In this document: positions 10,061 to 19,570 of the stretch, piece after piece
Numbering within the stretch: position 1 is the first letter of the stretch
Layout of the letters: every line of letters begins with the position of its first letter
NCBI GenBank assembly: GCA_963753435.1
Contig: CAVWCF010000001.1
Location: forward strand, 1,536,001 to 1,600,000
Direction: 5' to 3'
Length of the DNA: 64,000 nt
Origin: an uncultured Actinomycetota bacterium
GTDB lineage: Bacteria; Actinomycetota; Actinomycetes; CAVWCF01
Position numbers and translations under genes: made by a program
The notes under the pieces: generated by a model
Seen by the model: only the letters and a program-made list of their open reading frames with translations
What the model was told of the DNA's origin: nothing
The model's database searches: none

Positions 10061-10948
10061 GTGAGCGAACTGATCACCTGGCGCGACCCGCGGCCCGGTG
10101 CAGCCGCGGTGATGCTGCACAGCCTGCAGGGATTCCTGGACGCCGGCTCGGCCGGTCGCCTCGCGGTGGAACGGATCCTCGCCGAATGCCCCAACCGGAT
10201 CGTCGCGGAGTTCGACGTCGACGACCTGTACGACTACCGGGCGCGACGGCCCCGGATGACGTTCCTGTCCGACCACTACGGGCAGGTGGACCTGCCGCAA
10301 CTGGTGGTGCACGAGGTCAGCGACCTGACCGGCACGCCGTTCCTGCTGCTGCACGGCCCGGAGCCGGACTTCCGCTGGCAGCGGTTCGTGGCCGCAGTCC
10401 GGCACGTGGTCGAAGAGCTCAAGGTGCAACGGGTGGTGGGCATGCACGCGGTGCCGTGGCCGGCCCCGCACACCCGCCCGGTCGGCATCACCGCGCACGC
10501 CACCGACCGGTCGATGATCCCGGATGCGACTTCCTGGGTTGGGGCGTTGGAGGTCCCCGGTCACGTCGCCGGGATGTTGGAGTTGTCGCTGGGCGAGCAC
10601 GGCCACGACGCGATGGGCTTCGCCGCGCACGTGCCGCACTACCTGGTCAACGTCGAGTACCCGCGAGCTGCCCTCGCGCTGCTGGAGGCCACCGCCGCTT
10701 CGACCGGGCTGGTGCTGCCCTTCGACGCGCTGCGCGAGTCCGCGGCGCGGTCGGATGCGGAGATCGCCGCGCAGGTGGCTAGCGACCCGGACAACGTCGA
10801 AGCCGTGCAGGCGATGGAAGTCCAGTACGACGCGCTGGTCCAGCAACGTGGTCTGCCGGTCGTCGATGAGGAACTGCCCAGCGGCGACGAGATCGCCGCC
10901 CAGGTGGAGCAGTTCCTGGCGGACCGCCGCGACGGCGAGCCCCAGTAG
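10061..10948 (+). CDS. PAC2 family proteasome assembly chaperone-like protein
   Basis: GFLDAG, DYRARRP, GPEPDFRW, PHTRP, HVPHYL. Confidence 0.9.
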   Translation: MSELITWRDPRPGAAAVMLHSLQGFLDAGSAGRLAVERILAECPNRIVAEFDVDDLYDYRARRPRMTFLSDHYGQVDLPQLVVHEVSDLTGTPFLLLHGPEPDFRWQRFVAAVRHVVEELKVQRVVGMHAVPWPAPHTRPVGITAHATDRSMIPDATSWVGALEVPGHVAGMLELSLGEHGHDAMGFAAHVPHYLVNVEYPRAALALLEATAASTGLVLPFDALRESAARSDAEIAAQVASDPDNVEAVQAMEVQYDALVQQRGLPVVDEELPSGDEIAAQVEQFLADRRDGEPQ

Positions 10949-11048
10949 CCCAACCCCAGTGGCCGACCGGTTGTCGGCGCCTAGCGGCGCGCATCCCGGG
11001 GCCGCGGCCTCAGCCGGGCTAGCGTGATGGCCCGGCAAGGAGGTAGGC

Positions 11049-12290
11049 GTGACCACAGAGGCGACTGGGCCCGACGCGACTGAGGCTAGGCCAGCGCGCG
11101 AGGACTTCCCGAGAGCGCCGGCCCCGGACAGCCCGCAAGTCCGGTTCATCGCCTACCAGCCGGGCTGGTTGCGGCGCGCGATCATCCTCGCCCTGGCGCT
11201 GTTCGCGGGTTACCTGGCGCTGGCGTGGATGTGGAAGAGCCTCGGCGGCTTCCTGTTCAGCCTGTTCCTGGCTTGGCTGGGCGCCATCGCCATCGAACCG
11301 GTGGTGGGCTTGCTGTCGCGCCGGGGAATGCGCCGGGGACTGGCGACCGGACTGACCTTGCTCGCACTTTTCGTCTTCGCGATCGTGTTCTCCGTCGTGT
11401 TCGGCAAGCTGTTCTTCGAGCAGACCGCACAGTTGATCCGATCCTTCCCGGCCTTGCTGGACTCCGCCTTGGAATGGGTCAACGACACCTTTGACACCGA
11501 TTTCGACGTCAACTCCGCATTGGAGCAACTCGGGCTTGGGCCCGGTGACATTGCCGCCTATGCCTCGGATATCGCCGGCGGCCTGTTCGGGATCGTGACG
11601 GCGACCGTGGGGCTGGTGTTCCAGTTCTTCACGTTGCTGCTGTTCCTCTTCTACTTCTCCGCCGAAATGCCGTCGGTGAAGCGCTGGATCGGTTCGCTGC
11701 TGCCGGCCCGGCGGCAGGAGTTGTTCGCCCAGACCTGGGACCTGGCGGTGAACAAGACCGGCGGGTTCGTTATCTCCCGCATCGGACTGGCGGCGCTGAG
11801 CTCCTTCTTCCACGCCATCTTGTTCCTCATCCTGGACGTGCCCTACTGGCTGCCGTTGGCGTTGTGGGTCGGCATCGTCAGCCAGTTCGTGCCCACAGTC
11901 GGGACGTACCTGGCGATCGCGCTGCCAGCGGTGATCACGCTGGTTCAGGGCGACGTAGCGGACACCGTCATCATCATCGCGTTCGCCACCGCCTACCAGC
12001 AGGTGGAGAACTACTTCTTCTCACCGAAGTTGAGCCAGAAGACGATGGAGATCCACCCGGCGGTCGCGTTCGGGTCGGTGATCGTGGGCGCCACGCTGTT
12101 CGGGGCTATCGGCGCGTTGATCGCGATCCCGGTGGCGGCGTTCCTGCTGGCCATCTTCGACGCCTACAGCAACCGCTACGAACTCGTGCCCGAGTTGGCG
12201 GCGATGGAGGCCGGCGAGAAGGCCGCGGCTGCCCAACGCAAAGCTGCGCGCACCAACGGCGCTGCTTCTGGCACAGAGCCGCTCTCATAG
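11049..12290 (+). CDS. AI-2E family transporter
   Basis: Multi-TM; YQQVENY...P, IHPAV, G.IGALIAIP. Confidence 0.9.
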   Translation: MTTEATGPDATEARPAREDFPRAPAPDSPQVRFIAYQPGWLRRAIILALALFAGYLALAWMWKSLGGFLFSLFLAWLGAIAIEPVVGLLSRRGMRRGLATGLTLLALFVFAIVFSVVFGKLFFEQTAQLIRSFPALLDSALEWVNDTFDTDFDVNSALEQLGLGPGDIAAYASDIAGGLFGIVTATVGLVFQFFTLLLFLFYFSAEMPSVKRWIGSLLPARRQELFAQTWDLAVNKTGGFVISRIGLAALSSFFHAILFLILDVPYWLPLALWVGIVSQFVPTVGTYLAIALPAVITLVQGDVADTVIIIAFATAYQQVENYFFSPKLSQKTMEIHPAVAFGSVIVGATLFGAIGALIAIPVAAFLLAIFDAYSNRYELVPELAAMEAGEKAAAAQRKAARTNGAASGTEPLS

Positions 12291-12310
12291 CGCTAGACCG
12301 GAATTCAGGC
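12271..12310. repeat. Dispersed REP-like repeat, family A (single arm)
   Basis: GCACAGAGCCGCTCTCATAGCGCTAGACCGGAATTCAG closely matches the reverse complement of 40749-40786. Confidence 0.75.
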
Positions 12311-12328
12311 GCACAGTCGGGAGGAAAC

Positions 12329-13069
12329 GTGGGGAAGTTCGACGGGCAAGTGGCGCTGGTGACCGGCGCGTCCCGGGGCATCGGGGAGGCCACGGCGCGC
12401 GCCCTGGCGGCGGCGGGGGCGCACGTGTTGGTTTCGGACGTGACCGACCCCAGCGCGGTCGCCGGTGAGATCAACGGCACGGCGGTCCCGTTGGACGTGC
12501 GCGATTCGTCCGGCTGGGCGGAGATCGCCGCCCAGTGGCCGGTGGACATCGCCGTGCTCAACGCCGGTGTCGGGCTGCGCAAGCCCTACCTGGAGGTCAC
12601 CGACGACGAGTTGGACCACGTGCTGGATGTGAACCTGCGCGCGGTGATGATCGGCACCCGGGAACTGGCCCGGTCGATGGCGGCGCGCGGCGGTGGGGCC
12701 ATTTCGGTGACGGCGTCGATGGGCGGTCTGGTGCCGCACCCGCAGAGCCCGGTGTATGCGACCACGAAGTGGGGTGTCATCGGGTTCGTGCGGTCGGTGG
12801 CAGCGGAATTGGCGCAGTCCGGCGTGCGGCTGACGGCGGTGAGCCCGGCGCTGGTGGACACCCCGATCCTGGGCCCAGGCATGGCCGATCAGTTGCGCGG
12901 CTGGGGGATGAAGTTGCTGACGGCCGATGAGGTGGCTGCCGCGCACCTGGAGGCGCTGGCCGCCGAACCCGGCTCGGTGCTGGCCGTGCAGGTTGGCCGA
13001 GGCGTGAACCTGGTCGAGCCGATGGAGGTCGAGGGTTACCAGTCCGGCCCGCCGCCCTCTGCTTCCTGA
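12329..13069 (+). CDS. SDR family oxidoreductase
   Basis: TGASRGIG, NAG, YATTK; GGAGG RBS. Confidence 0.92.
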   Translation: MGKFDGQVALVTGASRGIGEATARALAAAGAHVLVSDVTDPSAVAGEINGTAVPLDVRDSSGWAEIAAQWPVDIAVLNAGVGLRKPYLEVTDDELDHVLDVNLRAVMIGTRELARSMAARGGGAISVTASMGGLVPHPQSPVYATTKWGVIGFVRSVAAELAQSGVRLTAVSPALVDTPILGPGMADQLRGWGMKLLTADEVAAAHLEALAAEPGSVLAVQVGRGVNLVEPMEVEGYQSGPPPSAS

Positions 13070-13102
13070 TCCGGTTTCGGCGGACCGGCGGCCTGGTGGA
13101 CA

Positions 13103-14224
13103 ATGCGTCTCGTGATGAGCGTCGGGGGACGGCTGGGGTTGGCTGCCGCAATGGTGGCGGTCGTGGTGGTGCCCGCCTCGCCGGCGCAAGCGGATTCCGA
13201 CCTTCCCGAGGTCGGACTCTGCTACGACGGGCAGGCGGCGGTTGCGCTGATCGACCCGGAGGCGTTCGACGCTGCCGGGCTGTCGATGACGATCGACGGC
13301 GTACGGGGACTTCGACGACTTCGTTCTGTCGAAGTCCGGGGTGGACCCAAGCACCGGCGAGGTGCTGCTGACGTCCTTCCTGGAGTTCGACCCGGACTCC
13401 AACCCGACGTGGTCAAGCAGATCCGCTGCAAGGGCCGAACCGGCGAATCACTGGACCAGGGCGCCTGGCCGGACGGGTCGGACAACAACTCGCCGGGCTT
13501 TGAACGGCCCCCGTTCTTCGGCTTCGGTGAGGTTGCCGACGGGGTCTCGGGCGGCCGCGGAACGTGCGAACCGGTGAACCAGCAGATCATTGATGACGTT
13601 TGGGAGTCCCTCACACCTGCGGAGCAGGCTTCAGCGAAGTACAGCCCTGAGGACGGCACTTTGGTGACCGTTCCCGATGAGGAGGCGGTCTTCGGGCCGG
13701 TGTGGACGAGTCCGTTCGAGCCGACAGAGGTCGTGGGGGACACGTTGCAGGTGCGATCCAAGTCCCTTTACGCACCCACGACCGACACCTCCGGGATCGG
13801 GGCACGGTTCCTCGGGGCGCACTACTGCACGTTCGTCGGACCGCAGTACTTGCTGGGCCTGCTGGAGGTGTCGGCGGCCTCGCCGAGTCCGAGCCCAACT
13901 CCGTCTGCGTCAGCCAGCCCGTCGCCAACGCCTTCGGCTACCGCGACTTCGTCGCCGACCACGACGCCCGCATCTGATGTGTCCCCCGTGGCCAGCGATA
14001 CCGGCGCCGCCGAGCTGGCCAACACCGGCTCCTCGGACACACTTCGCACTGTGCTCGTCGGGCTTATCGCTGTGCAGATCGGGCTGATCGTGGCCGTCAG
14101 GTCTCGCCGGGAGGCACTCGGGACGTTTCCGATCCGCCAAAGGGGTTCATTTCCGGAAACGTGTCAGGTAGCGTCCGGGCATCGCGGCGTTCCACCTAGT
14201 GGTATGCCGTTTCGGAGGGAGTAG
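13103..14224 (+). CDS. Secreted, sortase-anchored protein of unknown family, with two compensating frameshifts at ~13295 and ~13405
   Basis: Signal peptide ending AQA, Ser/Pro/Thr stalk, then LANTG + TM + RSRR. Paralogous to 14228-15031. Confidence 0.7.
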   Translation: MRLVMSVGGRLGLAAAMVAVVVVPASPAQADSDLPEVGLCYDGQAAVALIDPEAFDAAGLSMTIDGVRGLRRLRSVEVRGGPKHRRGAADVLPGVRPGLQPDVVKQIRCKGRTGESLDQGAWPDGSDNNSPGFERPPFFGFGEVADGVSGGRGTCEPVNQQIIDDVWESLTPAEQASAKYSPEDGTLVTVPDEEAVFGPVWTSPFEPTEVVGDTLQVRSKSLYAPTTDTSGIGARFLGAHYCTFVGPQYLLGLLEVSAASPSPSPTPSASASPSPTPSATATSSPTTTPASDVSPVASDTGAAELANTGSSDTLRTVLVGLIAVQIGLIVAVRSRREALGTFPIRQRGSFPETCQVASGHRGVPPSGMPFRRE

Positions 14225-14227
14225 GGG

Positions 14228-15031
14228 ATGCGACGCAGGCTCGGCGTCGGGCTGGCCCTGGCGGGGCTGCTCGGGGGCGGACTCGTTGCTGCCCAGGTCG
14301 CCGGGGCGGCACTCCAGCCGGCTGACTTCGCCAAGCCGATCGGGTTCTACCGATTCTGCGCCGACGCTCAACTCCAGATCGCTCAGATCGACGAGGCGGC
14401 GCTGAGCAACGCTGGTCTTTCGATCGGTGGGGAGTTCTATGAGGAATTCGACGCTTTCGTGCTCTCCAAGTCTGGAGCAGACCCAAATAGCGGCGCCATC
14501 CTGACCACCTCGTTCGTTGAATACGCGGATGCCGGCAAGACGCAGCCGAAGCAGTTCCGCTGCAAGATGCGGACATCGGAGAGCCTCACCGCCGGCGCGT
14601 GGCCGCCGGGCTCGTCGAACAACAGCCGGGGTATCGAGCGGCCGGAGTACTTCGGCTTCGGTTCGGTCGGCAGCTGGGGTATCTGGCGGGAACCGGCGAC
14701 GTGCCGTGACATCAACCAGAACACGATCGACTGGGGTCTGGTCCGAGCTCTCGCCGACAGATCAGGCGGAACGCGCAGTTCTCGCCGCTAGGAACGTCAC
14801 CCGACCCTCGTCAGCGGACCCCAGACGTGACAGTCGTTGGCGGGGCCCAATGGGTATCCAGTTTCCCGACGCTCACTGTTGAGGACGGCTGCCGTACTCG
14901 AGGTGCCGAGCAAGGCCCTGTACGTCCCGACCGGCCTCGCGGGTACAGCCGCCTGGGAGGGCGCGCACTACTGCACCTTGGTCGCCCCTGACCACCTGCG
15001 GAATGTCCTACTCGGGCTGGCCACGCCATGA
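14228..15031 (+). CDS. Secreted protein of unknown family (paralog of 13103), multiple frameshifts at ~14733-14890
   Basis: Signal peptide. Shares FVLSKSG.DP, RCK.RT.ESL, ERP..FGFG, SK.LY.PT and GAHYCT.V.P with the upstream gene across different frames. Confidence 0.65.
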
Positions 15032-16245
15032 ACTTGTGGAGCCGTCTTGCCCGGGTGTTGGTAGCGGGAGCCGTTGCCGCTGTTTCGCTAGTCGCGCTGG
15101 CCGCACCGGCCGAAGCGCGCGCCCAGAACTTCACTGTTGACTACGACTGTCGGCCGACCCTGTTCGGCATCCAGTACGTCCCCGCGGCACCGCAATCGTT
15201 CACTGTGAACGTTTCGGTTCCCGACACCGTGGTCGCCGGGGATCCCATCGCAATCGACTTCGACATCACCGGCACGCCAACCAACGGCCCGATCGCACTC
15301 GGAAACGTTGTGACCGAGTTCCAACCGACGGTAGTGGTGACACGAGCCGGTTCGCCGTTCGCGATCGGCTCGGGAACCGGACCGGCGAGTGCACCCACGA
15401 GCGTCCCCGCCTACGGCGCCTTTCCGCTGGTCGACCCAGTGACCCTCTCCGCCCCCACGTTCGGTGCGGGCGGGGGTGACCGGTTGGTGATCCGTCCCGG
15501 TGACTTCACTCTGTCGATCGTTTCCGGCGACGATTCCATCGCAGGTGGCTACGTCTCGTGTTCACTCGTCAATGAGCCGAGCGCCTCTACGTTCGTAGAC
15601 GTCACCGGGGCACCTGTGGCTGACACGCCTTACAAGTGCACCGCGGAACAAGGCAACACGTCCGGCAACGGTTGTGACACAACTCAGTCGGTCGTTTTCG
15701 ACCTACTTGAGGGCAATCTCACCCAGCTCGCGGTGAAGACCGGAACCAACCCGGACGCGACGCTCGTGGACCTCGGGTCGATCACCACCCCGTTTGTAAG
15801 CAGCACCCTGACTGGTGATCTGAACACAATCCAGGTCCAGGACAACCGCGGCGGCAGCTTCGGTTGGAGCCTGAGCGCCACCATGACGGACTTCGCCGCA
15901 GTCGGCGGCGCCACCATGGACAACGGCCAGTTGGTTGTCGCCCCGAGTTGCACTGACGCCAGCACTATCTACGACTACACGGCCTACGTGGACTCCACTT
16001 TGATTCCGCCGGTTCTTGGACCTGTGAGCGCCGCATCGCAGGCGCCGGGCATCGCGGCCGGCACCGCCGGGCAGGATCTTGGCGGCACGGTCACTCTTTG
16101 CACCAAGAACACCGACACCAATGCCACAACACAGAGCAGCGGCGGTGTGTATGACGTTGCTGTCCCATTGACACTCACCGTCCCGGCGTTCCAGTCAGCC
16201 GACACGGACTACACGGCAACGATGACCATCACCCTGGTCGGCTGA
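15028..16245 (+). CDS. Secreted WxL-like cell-surface protein
   Basis: Signal peptide; beta-rich; C-terminal DNRGGSFGWSLSA...YTATMTITL matches the WxL domain pattern. Confidence 0.72.
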   Translation: MNLWSRLARVLVAGAVAAVSLVALAAPAEARAQNFTVDYDCRPTLFGIQYVPAAPQSFTVNVSVPDTVVAGDPIAIDFDITGTPTNGPIALGNVVTEFQPTVVVTRAGSPFAIGSGTGPASAPTSVPAYGAFPLVDPVTLSAPTFGAGGGDRLVIRPGDFTLSIVSGDDSIAGGYVSCSLVNEPSASTFVDVTGAPVADTPYKCTAEQGNTSGNGCDTTQSVVFDLLEGNLTQLAVKTGTNPDATLVDLGSITTPFVSSTLTGDLNTIQVQDNRGGSFGWSLSATMTDFAAVGGATMDNGQLVVAPSCTDASTIYDYTAYVDSTLIPPVLGPVSAASQAPGIAAGTAGQDLGGTVTLCTKNTDTNATTQSSGGVYDVAVPLTLTVPAFQSADTDYTATMTITLVG

Positions 16246-17200
16246 CCTCCCGCGAGGTCTCGGCAAGGTAGACGCCCGCGATCACTATCGCGGCTCCGGC
16301 GATCTGACCAGGTTCAAGGGATTCCCCGAGCACGATCCAGGCCGCCGCGAACGCAAGTACGGGCTCCAGCATCCCCAGGGCCGAGGCCCCGGTAGCCGAC
16401 AAGTGCCGCAGCGAACCGACAACTAGCAAGAACGGCGCGATGGTGCCAAGCAGGACCATCCAGATCGCCAAGGTCCAAACCGGCACGGAGTCCAGGCCAC
16501 CCAGAGTCGCCACCTCACCCATCACCGACCAGGGGAATTCCCACCACGGGGTGACGACGGCCAAGACCAGCGAAGCGACTCCGAACCCGTAGCAGGTGAG
16601 CACTACCGGATCTCGGCGCTCGGTGACAGTGAGCCGTTCCCCAAGTAGGAAGTACACGGCCAGCGATATGGCGGCAGCGAACCCGGCCACTACGCCCAAC
16701 CGGTTCAGGCCCCCTCCGGATTGCCAAACCTGCGCCACCAGCGACAACCCGAACAGGGCCAGCGCCAGCGCTGCCCAGAACCTGGCGCGGATTGGACGGT
16801 GCTGACCGAAGCGCACCCAGAGCGCGATGAAGATCGGTGCGGTGAACTCAAGCAGAAGTCCGACCCCCACGGGCAACTCGCGGATCGCGACGAAGTAGAA
16901 GGCCTGGACGAATGCGAAGCCGATGATTCCGTAGACCGCCAGCAGGGGCAGGTCTCGCCTCGACACCTGCAGTTTGGCCCGGGCGGTTAGGAGCAGAAAG
17001 CCGAGGATGGCGACGAACGCTCCGAGGGAGCGCAGTTGGGTCAGTTGTATGGCAGGAACCCCAGCCAACAGGATCGGCTTGGAGACGACACCGTTGACCG
17101 CGAAGAGGATTGCCCCCGCTACCACCATGACGACGCCCCGCCGGCGGTTGGGGTGCGCGGAAGTGGGTTCGCCTCCGGGGACCACGACCGCGTCAGTCAC
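16229..17200 (-). CDS. EamA/DMT family transporter
   Basis: Ten TMs in two EamA repeats; LEFTAP, MLEPV, LGE. Confidence 0.9.
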   Translation of the reverse strand: MTDAVVVPGGEPTSAHPNRRRGVVMVVAGAILFAVNGVVSKPILLAGVPAIQLTQLRSLGAFVAILGFLLLTARAKLQVSRRDLPLLAVYGIIGFAFVQAFYFVAIRELPVGVGLLLEFTAPIFIALWVRFGQHRPIRARFWAALALALFGLSLVAQVWQSGGGLNRLGVVAGFAAAISLAVYFLLGERLTVTERRDPVVLTCYGFGVASLVLAVVTPWWEFPWSVMGEVATLGGLDSVPVWTLAIWMVLLGTIAPFLLVVGSLRHLSATGASALGMLEPVLAFAAAWIVLGESLEPGQIAGAAIVIAGVYLAETSREVSRPG

Positions 17201-17269
17201 GGTCGGACGCTAACGGCGCCCCGGTTGTTGCGGTGCTGTCTTCAGCGGCCGAGTTCTGGCACGCTGCCG

Positions 17270-18313
17270 CTACGGCTGGTTCGACTCACGCTGGGGTACG
17301 ACGCCGCCGACCACGATGAGTGGATCTTGCGCGGCACCATTCGGAGTGCCTGCTCCTGCTGGCCCGATCAGGTCCAAGACCGTGGCGGTTCCGAAGTCTC
17401 GGGGTGGAACGACCAGGTCCTCGATACGCCGGCTCAACGGGTCCTCGGGGGCAGCTGCCTCGGGCTTGCGCCGCCAGAGCCCCAGGAGCGGGATCTGGAT
17501 CAGCAGCCATCCGATCACGATTAACGCCCACGGGTAGGACGACGTCGTGGATGTAGCCGAGGTGGGCTCGTCCAGCCCGGCAAATGAGGTGAGCACCGTC
17601 AATCTTCCGAAGGTGAACGCCGGGAACTCGATGGGTATTTGTGCTGTCACCGTCTGGCCGGGCGCGATGAGGCCGAGGTCGGGTCGTGCGACGACGTCGG
17701 TCGGGTCGTCGCCGGTTCCGGCCGTGACCCGCACATCCGGGTTCTCAAGAGTGGTCGAACCAGTGTTGGTCACTTCTAGGTCAAGGGTTCGTTCGGCTCC
17801 CGCGCCGAACCAGGAGGTAATCGGACCGATCCCGCTGAGCGACTGCTTTGCCTCAACCGATCGAGTAGTGATTTGCAGGGTCGGCTGGGCGGTCTCCGCG
17901 CCAATCACCTCGAACGGGACATCGTTGGCGTCGTTGTTCTCCGGACTGGACACGTGGACAACGCAGGGGCAGGGCTTGGGCGGAATGCCGACGACGATCT
18001 GAGTTGAGAACGTTCCCTCCGGCGTCACCACTGTGGTGTTGGCTCGGGTGGGGTCGCAGTCGCCGATTCCGCCTAGGAACAGGTTCCCGCAAAGGACAGC
18101 CTGCACCTGGACGCCTGGTTCCCAACCGGAGCCAGTTACTCGCACTGGCGTGCCGGGCTCGCCCAATGGCGGTGAGGCGACTGCGGACAGGCTCTCGTCT
18201 CGAGGTGCGCTCGGTTCGTCTTCTGCCCGCGCAACGCCCGCCGGGCCCACCACGGCGGCGCACAGCGCTGCCGCGGCGAGTCCGCCGGCGAGGCGACGCG
18301 AGCGTCGGCTCAT
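17270..18313 (-). CDS. Membrane-anchored secreted protein with Cys-rich neocarzinostatin-like Ig domain
   Basis: Signal peptide; V.V.GSGW, LCG...CD, PPKPCPCVVHV; C-terminal TM + RRK; coupled to the DUF916-like gene. Confidence 0.65.
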   Translation of the reverse strand: MSRRSRRLAGGLAAAALCAAVVGPAGVARAEDEPSAPRDESLSAVASPPLGEPGTPVRVTGSGWEPGVQVQAVLCGNLFLGGIGDCDPTRANTTVVTPEGTFSTQIVVGIPPKPCPCVVHVSSPENNDANDVPFEVIGAETAQPTLQITTRSVEAKQSLSGIGPITSWFGAGAERTLDLEVTNTGSTTLENPDVRVTAGTGDDPTDVVARPDLGLIAPGQTVTAQIPIEFPAFTFGRLTVLTSFAGLDEPTSATSTTSSYPWALIVIGWLLIQIPLLGLWRRKPEAAAPEDPLSRRIEDLVVPPRDFGTATVLDLIGPAGAGTPNGAAQDPLIVVGGVVPQRESNQP

Positions 18314-19329
18314 GACGCGGGCGTATCCGCGACGTATCGACGACGAACTGTTGCGTCGTCATTCTCGATCTCAGCCGGACGCTGTGACCGCATCCGTCGC
18401 CAGATGGCGTAGCCAATGAGTGCCAACAGGATCAGCGCGAGGATCAGCCAGGGAACGAACCAGACACTCTTGTCCGCTCGTGCTGACTGGTCTTCCCCGT
18501 AGGTCAGATCTACCGCGACCGTGACTCGGTCGATGAACGGCGGGTTGTCCCAAATCTCCTGCAGGGTGACCGACTCCCCGGGCAGGATCTCGACCGTCGG
18601 GCGTTCGACCTGGAGCAGTTCGCGTCCGAAGAGGCCTGTCGCTGCCACGTTTGCGGTAGGCCGCTGTCGGGTGTTTCCGACGTTGGAGACCGTGTACTCG
18701 ATTACGACGCGCTCAGGGGCGGTGACACCGAAGATGCCACCTTCCTTCTTGACCTCCAGGGACGTGATCTGGAGCTCCGACGTCAGCGGCCCGTTTACGC
18801 GCGCGTATAGCCGGACCCCGACCGCGTTCTGCACGCGGAGTTGTGCGCCGTCCGGCGCCTGGCCGGCTTCCGGTACTGGGTTCAGCGTCACGATTCCGCC
18901 GACGTGGTCACCGGGGGTGGCGTTGTCGGGAACAACCATCGTGAAGGGCACATCCACGGACGCGTCCGGTTCGAGGGTTACCTCGGACTCGCTCATGGTG
19001 ATCCACGAACCCACGTCAGTGTTCTCTACGTCGATCCCGTTGATCGCGTACGCGCCCCCGCCGGTCGCGTTGTAGGCATCGCCGGCCCAAGTCTGGAGGC
19101 GCAGGATGGCCTGCGACTTGTTGGTGATGGTGACCGAGTCCTCAATGGTGGCCCCCGGCGCGACCTCGTAGTTGAAGAACTCCCGGCTGGTCGCTGTTCC
19201 CTCACCGGTCGAGGTTGGGCTTACATCCCAGGTCCCGTTATCCACGGCCTGAGCCGACCCCGGTACCAGGAGCAGGCCTCCGGCCAGGGCGACCGTGCTG
19301 GCGAAGACGGCAGATGTCCGTCGGAGCAT
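18310..19329 (-). CDS. DUF916 (WxL-interacting protein)-like membrane-anchored protein
   Basis: Signal peptide; F.YEVAPG.TI.D.V.ITN, W.GDA, VG.W, VP..ATPGDH.GGI, VGVRLY.RV.G, N.GN; C-terminal TM + WRR. Start is uncertain (19329 or 19344). Confidence 0.8.
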   Translation of the reverse strand: MLRRTSAVFASTVALAGGLLLVPGSAQAVDNGTWDVSPTSTGEGTATSREFFNYEVAPGATIEDSVTITNKSQAILRLQTWAGDAYNATGGGAYAINGIDVENTDVGSWITMSESEVTLEPDASVDVPFTMVVPDNATPGDHVGGIVTLNPVPEAGQAPDGAQLRVQNAVGVRLYARVNGPLTSELQITSLEVKKEGGIFGVTAPERVVIEYTVSNVGNTRQRPTANVAATGLFGRELLQVERPTVEILPGESVTLQEIWDNPPFIDRVTVAVDLTYGEDQSARADKSVWFVPWLILALILLALIGYAIWRRMRSQRPAEIENDDATVRRRYVADTPAS

Positions 19330-19390
19330 GGTGCGCGAAATCATTGCGGTAGGGCGTCCCCTCGTGAGTCCGGCAGGCTCGAGCGTGCCT

Positions 19391-19407
19391 GTTCCGGTAG
19401 GCGGACC
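19391..19407. promoter_or_regulatory. Putative IclR operator (degenerate)
   Basis: GTTCCG-gtagg-CGGACC upstream of the DUF916-like gene. Confidence 0.45.
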
Positions 19408-19529
19408 GTACCCGCGGACAGCGGAACGAAACAAGGTTTGCTCCTTATGATCACCGGAACGGGAAGACCGCGTACCGTCGTCCCATTGACACTGTATGGA
19501 CGTGGTTTCTACGCTCGGAGTTCACTTGT

Positions 19530-19552
19530 AACGCCGTTCCGTAGAGTGGAAC
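19530..19552. promoter_or_regulatory. Putative IclR operator upstream of ABC operon
   Basis: AACGCC-GTTCCG-tagag-TGGAAC, the reverse-complement match to the sites at 35165 and 49108. Confidence 0.65.
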
Positions 19553-19570
19553 AAAGGGGAGAGCGGGCTG

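Noticed and set aside
13870-13970. Short tandem-like repeats
   Set aside because: They encode the Ser/Pro/Thr stalk of a surface protein; not a CRISPR array or mobile repeat.
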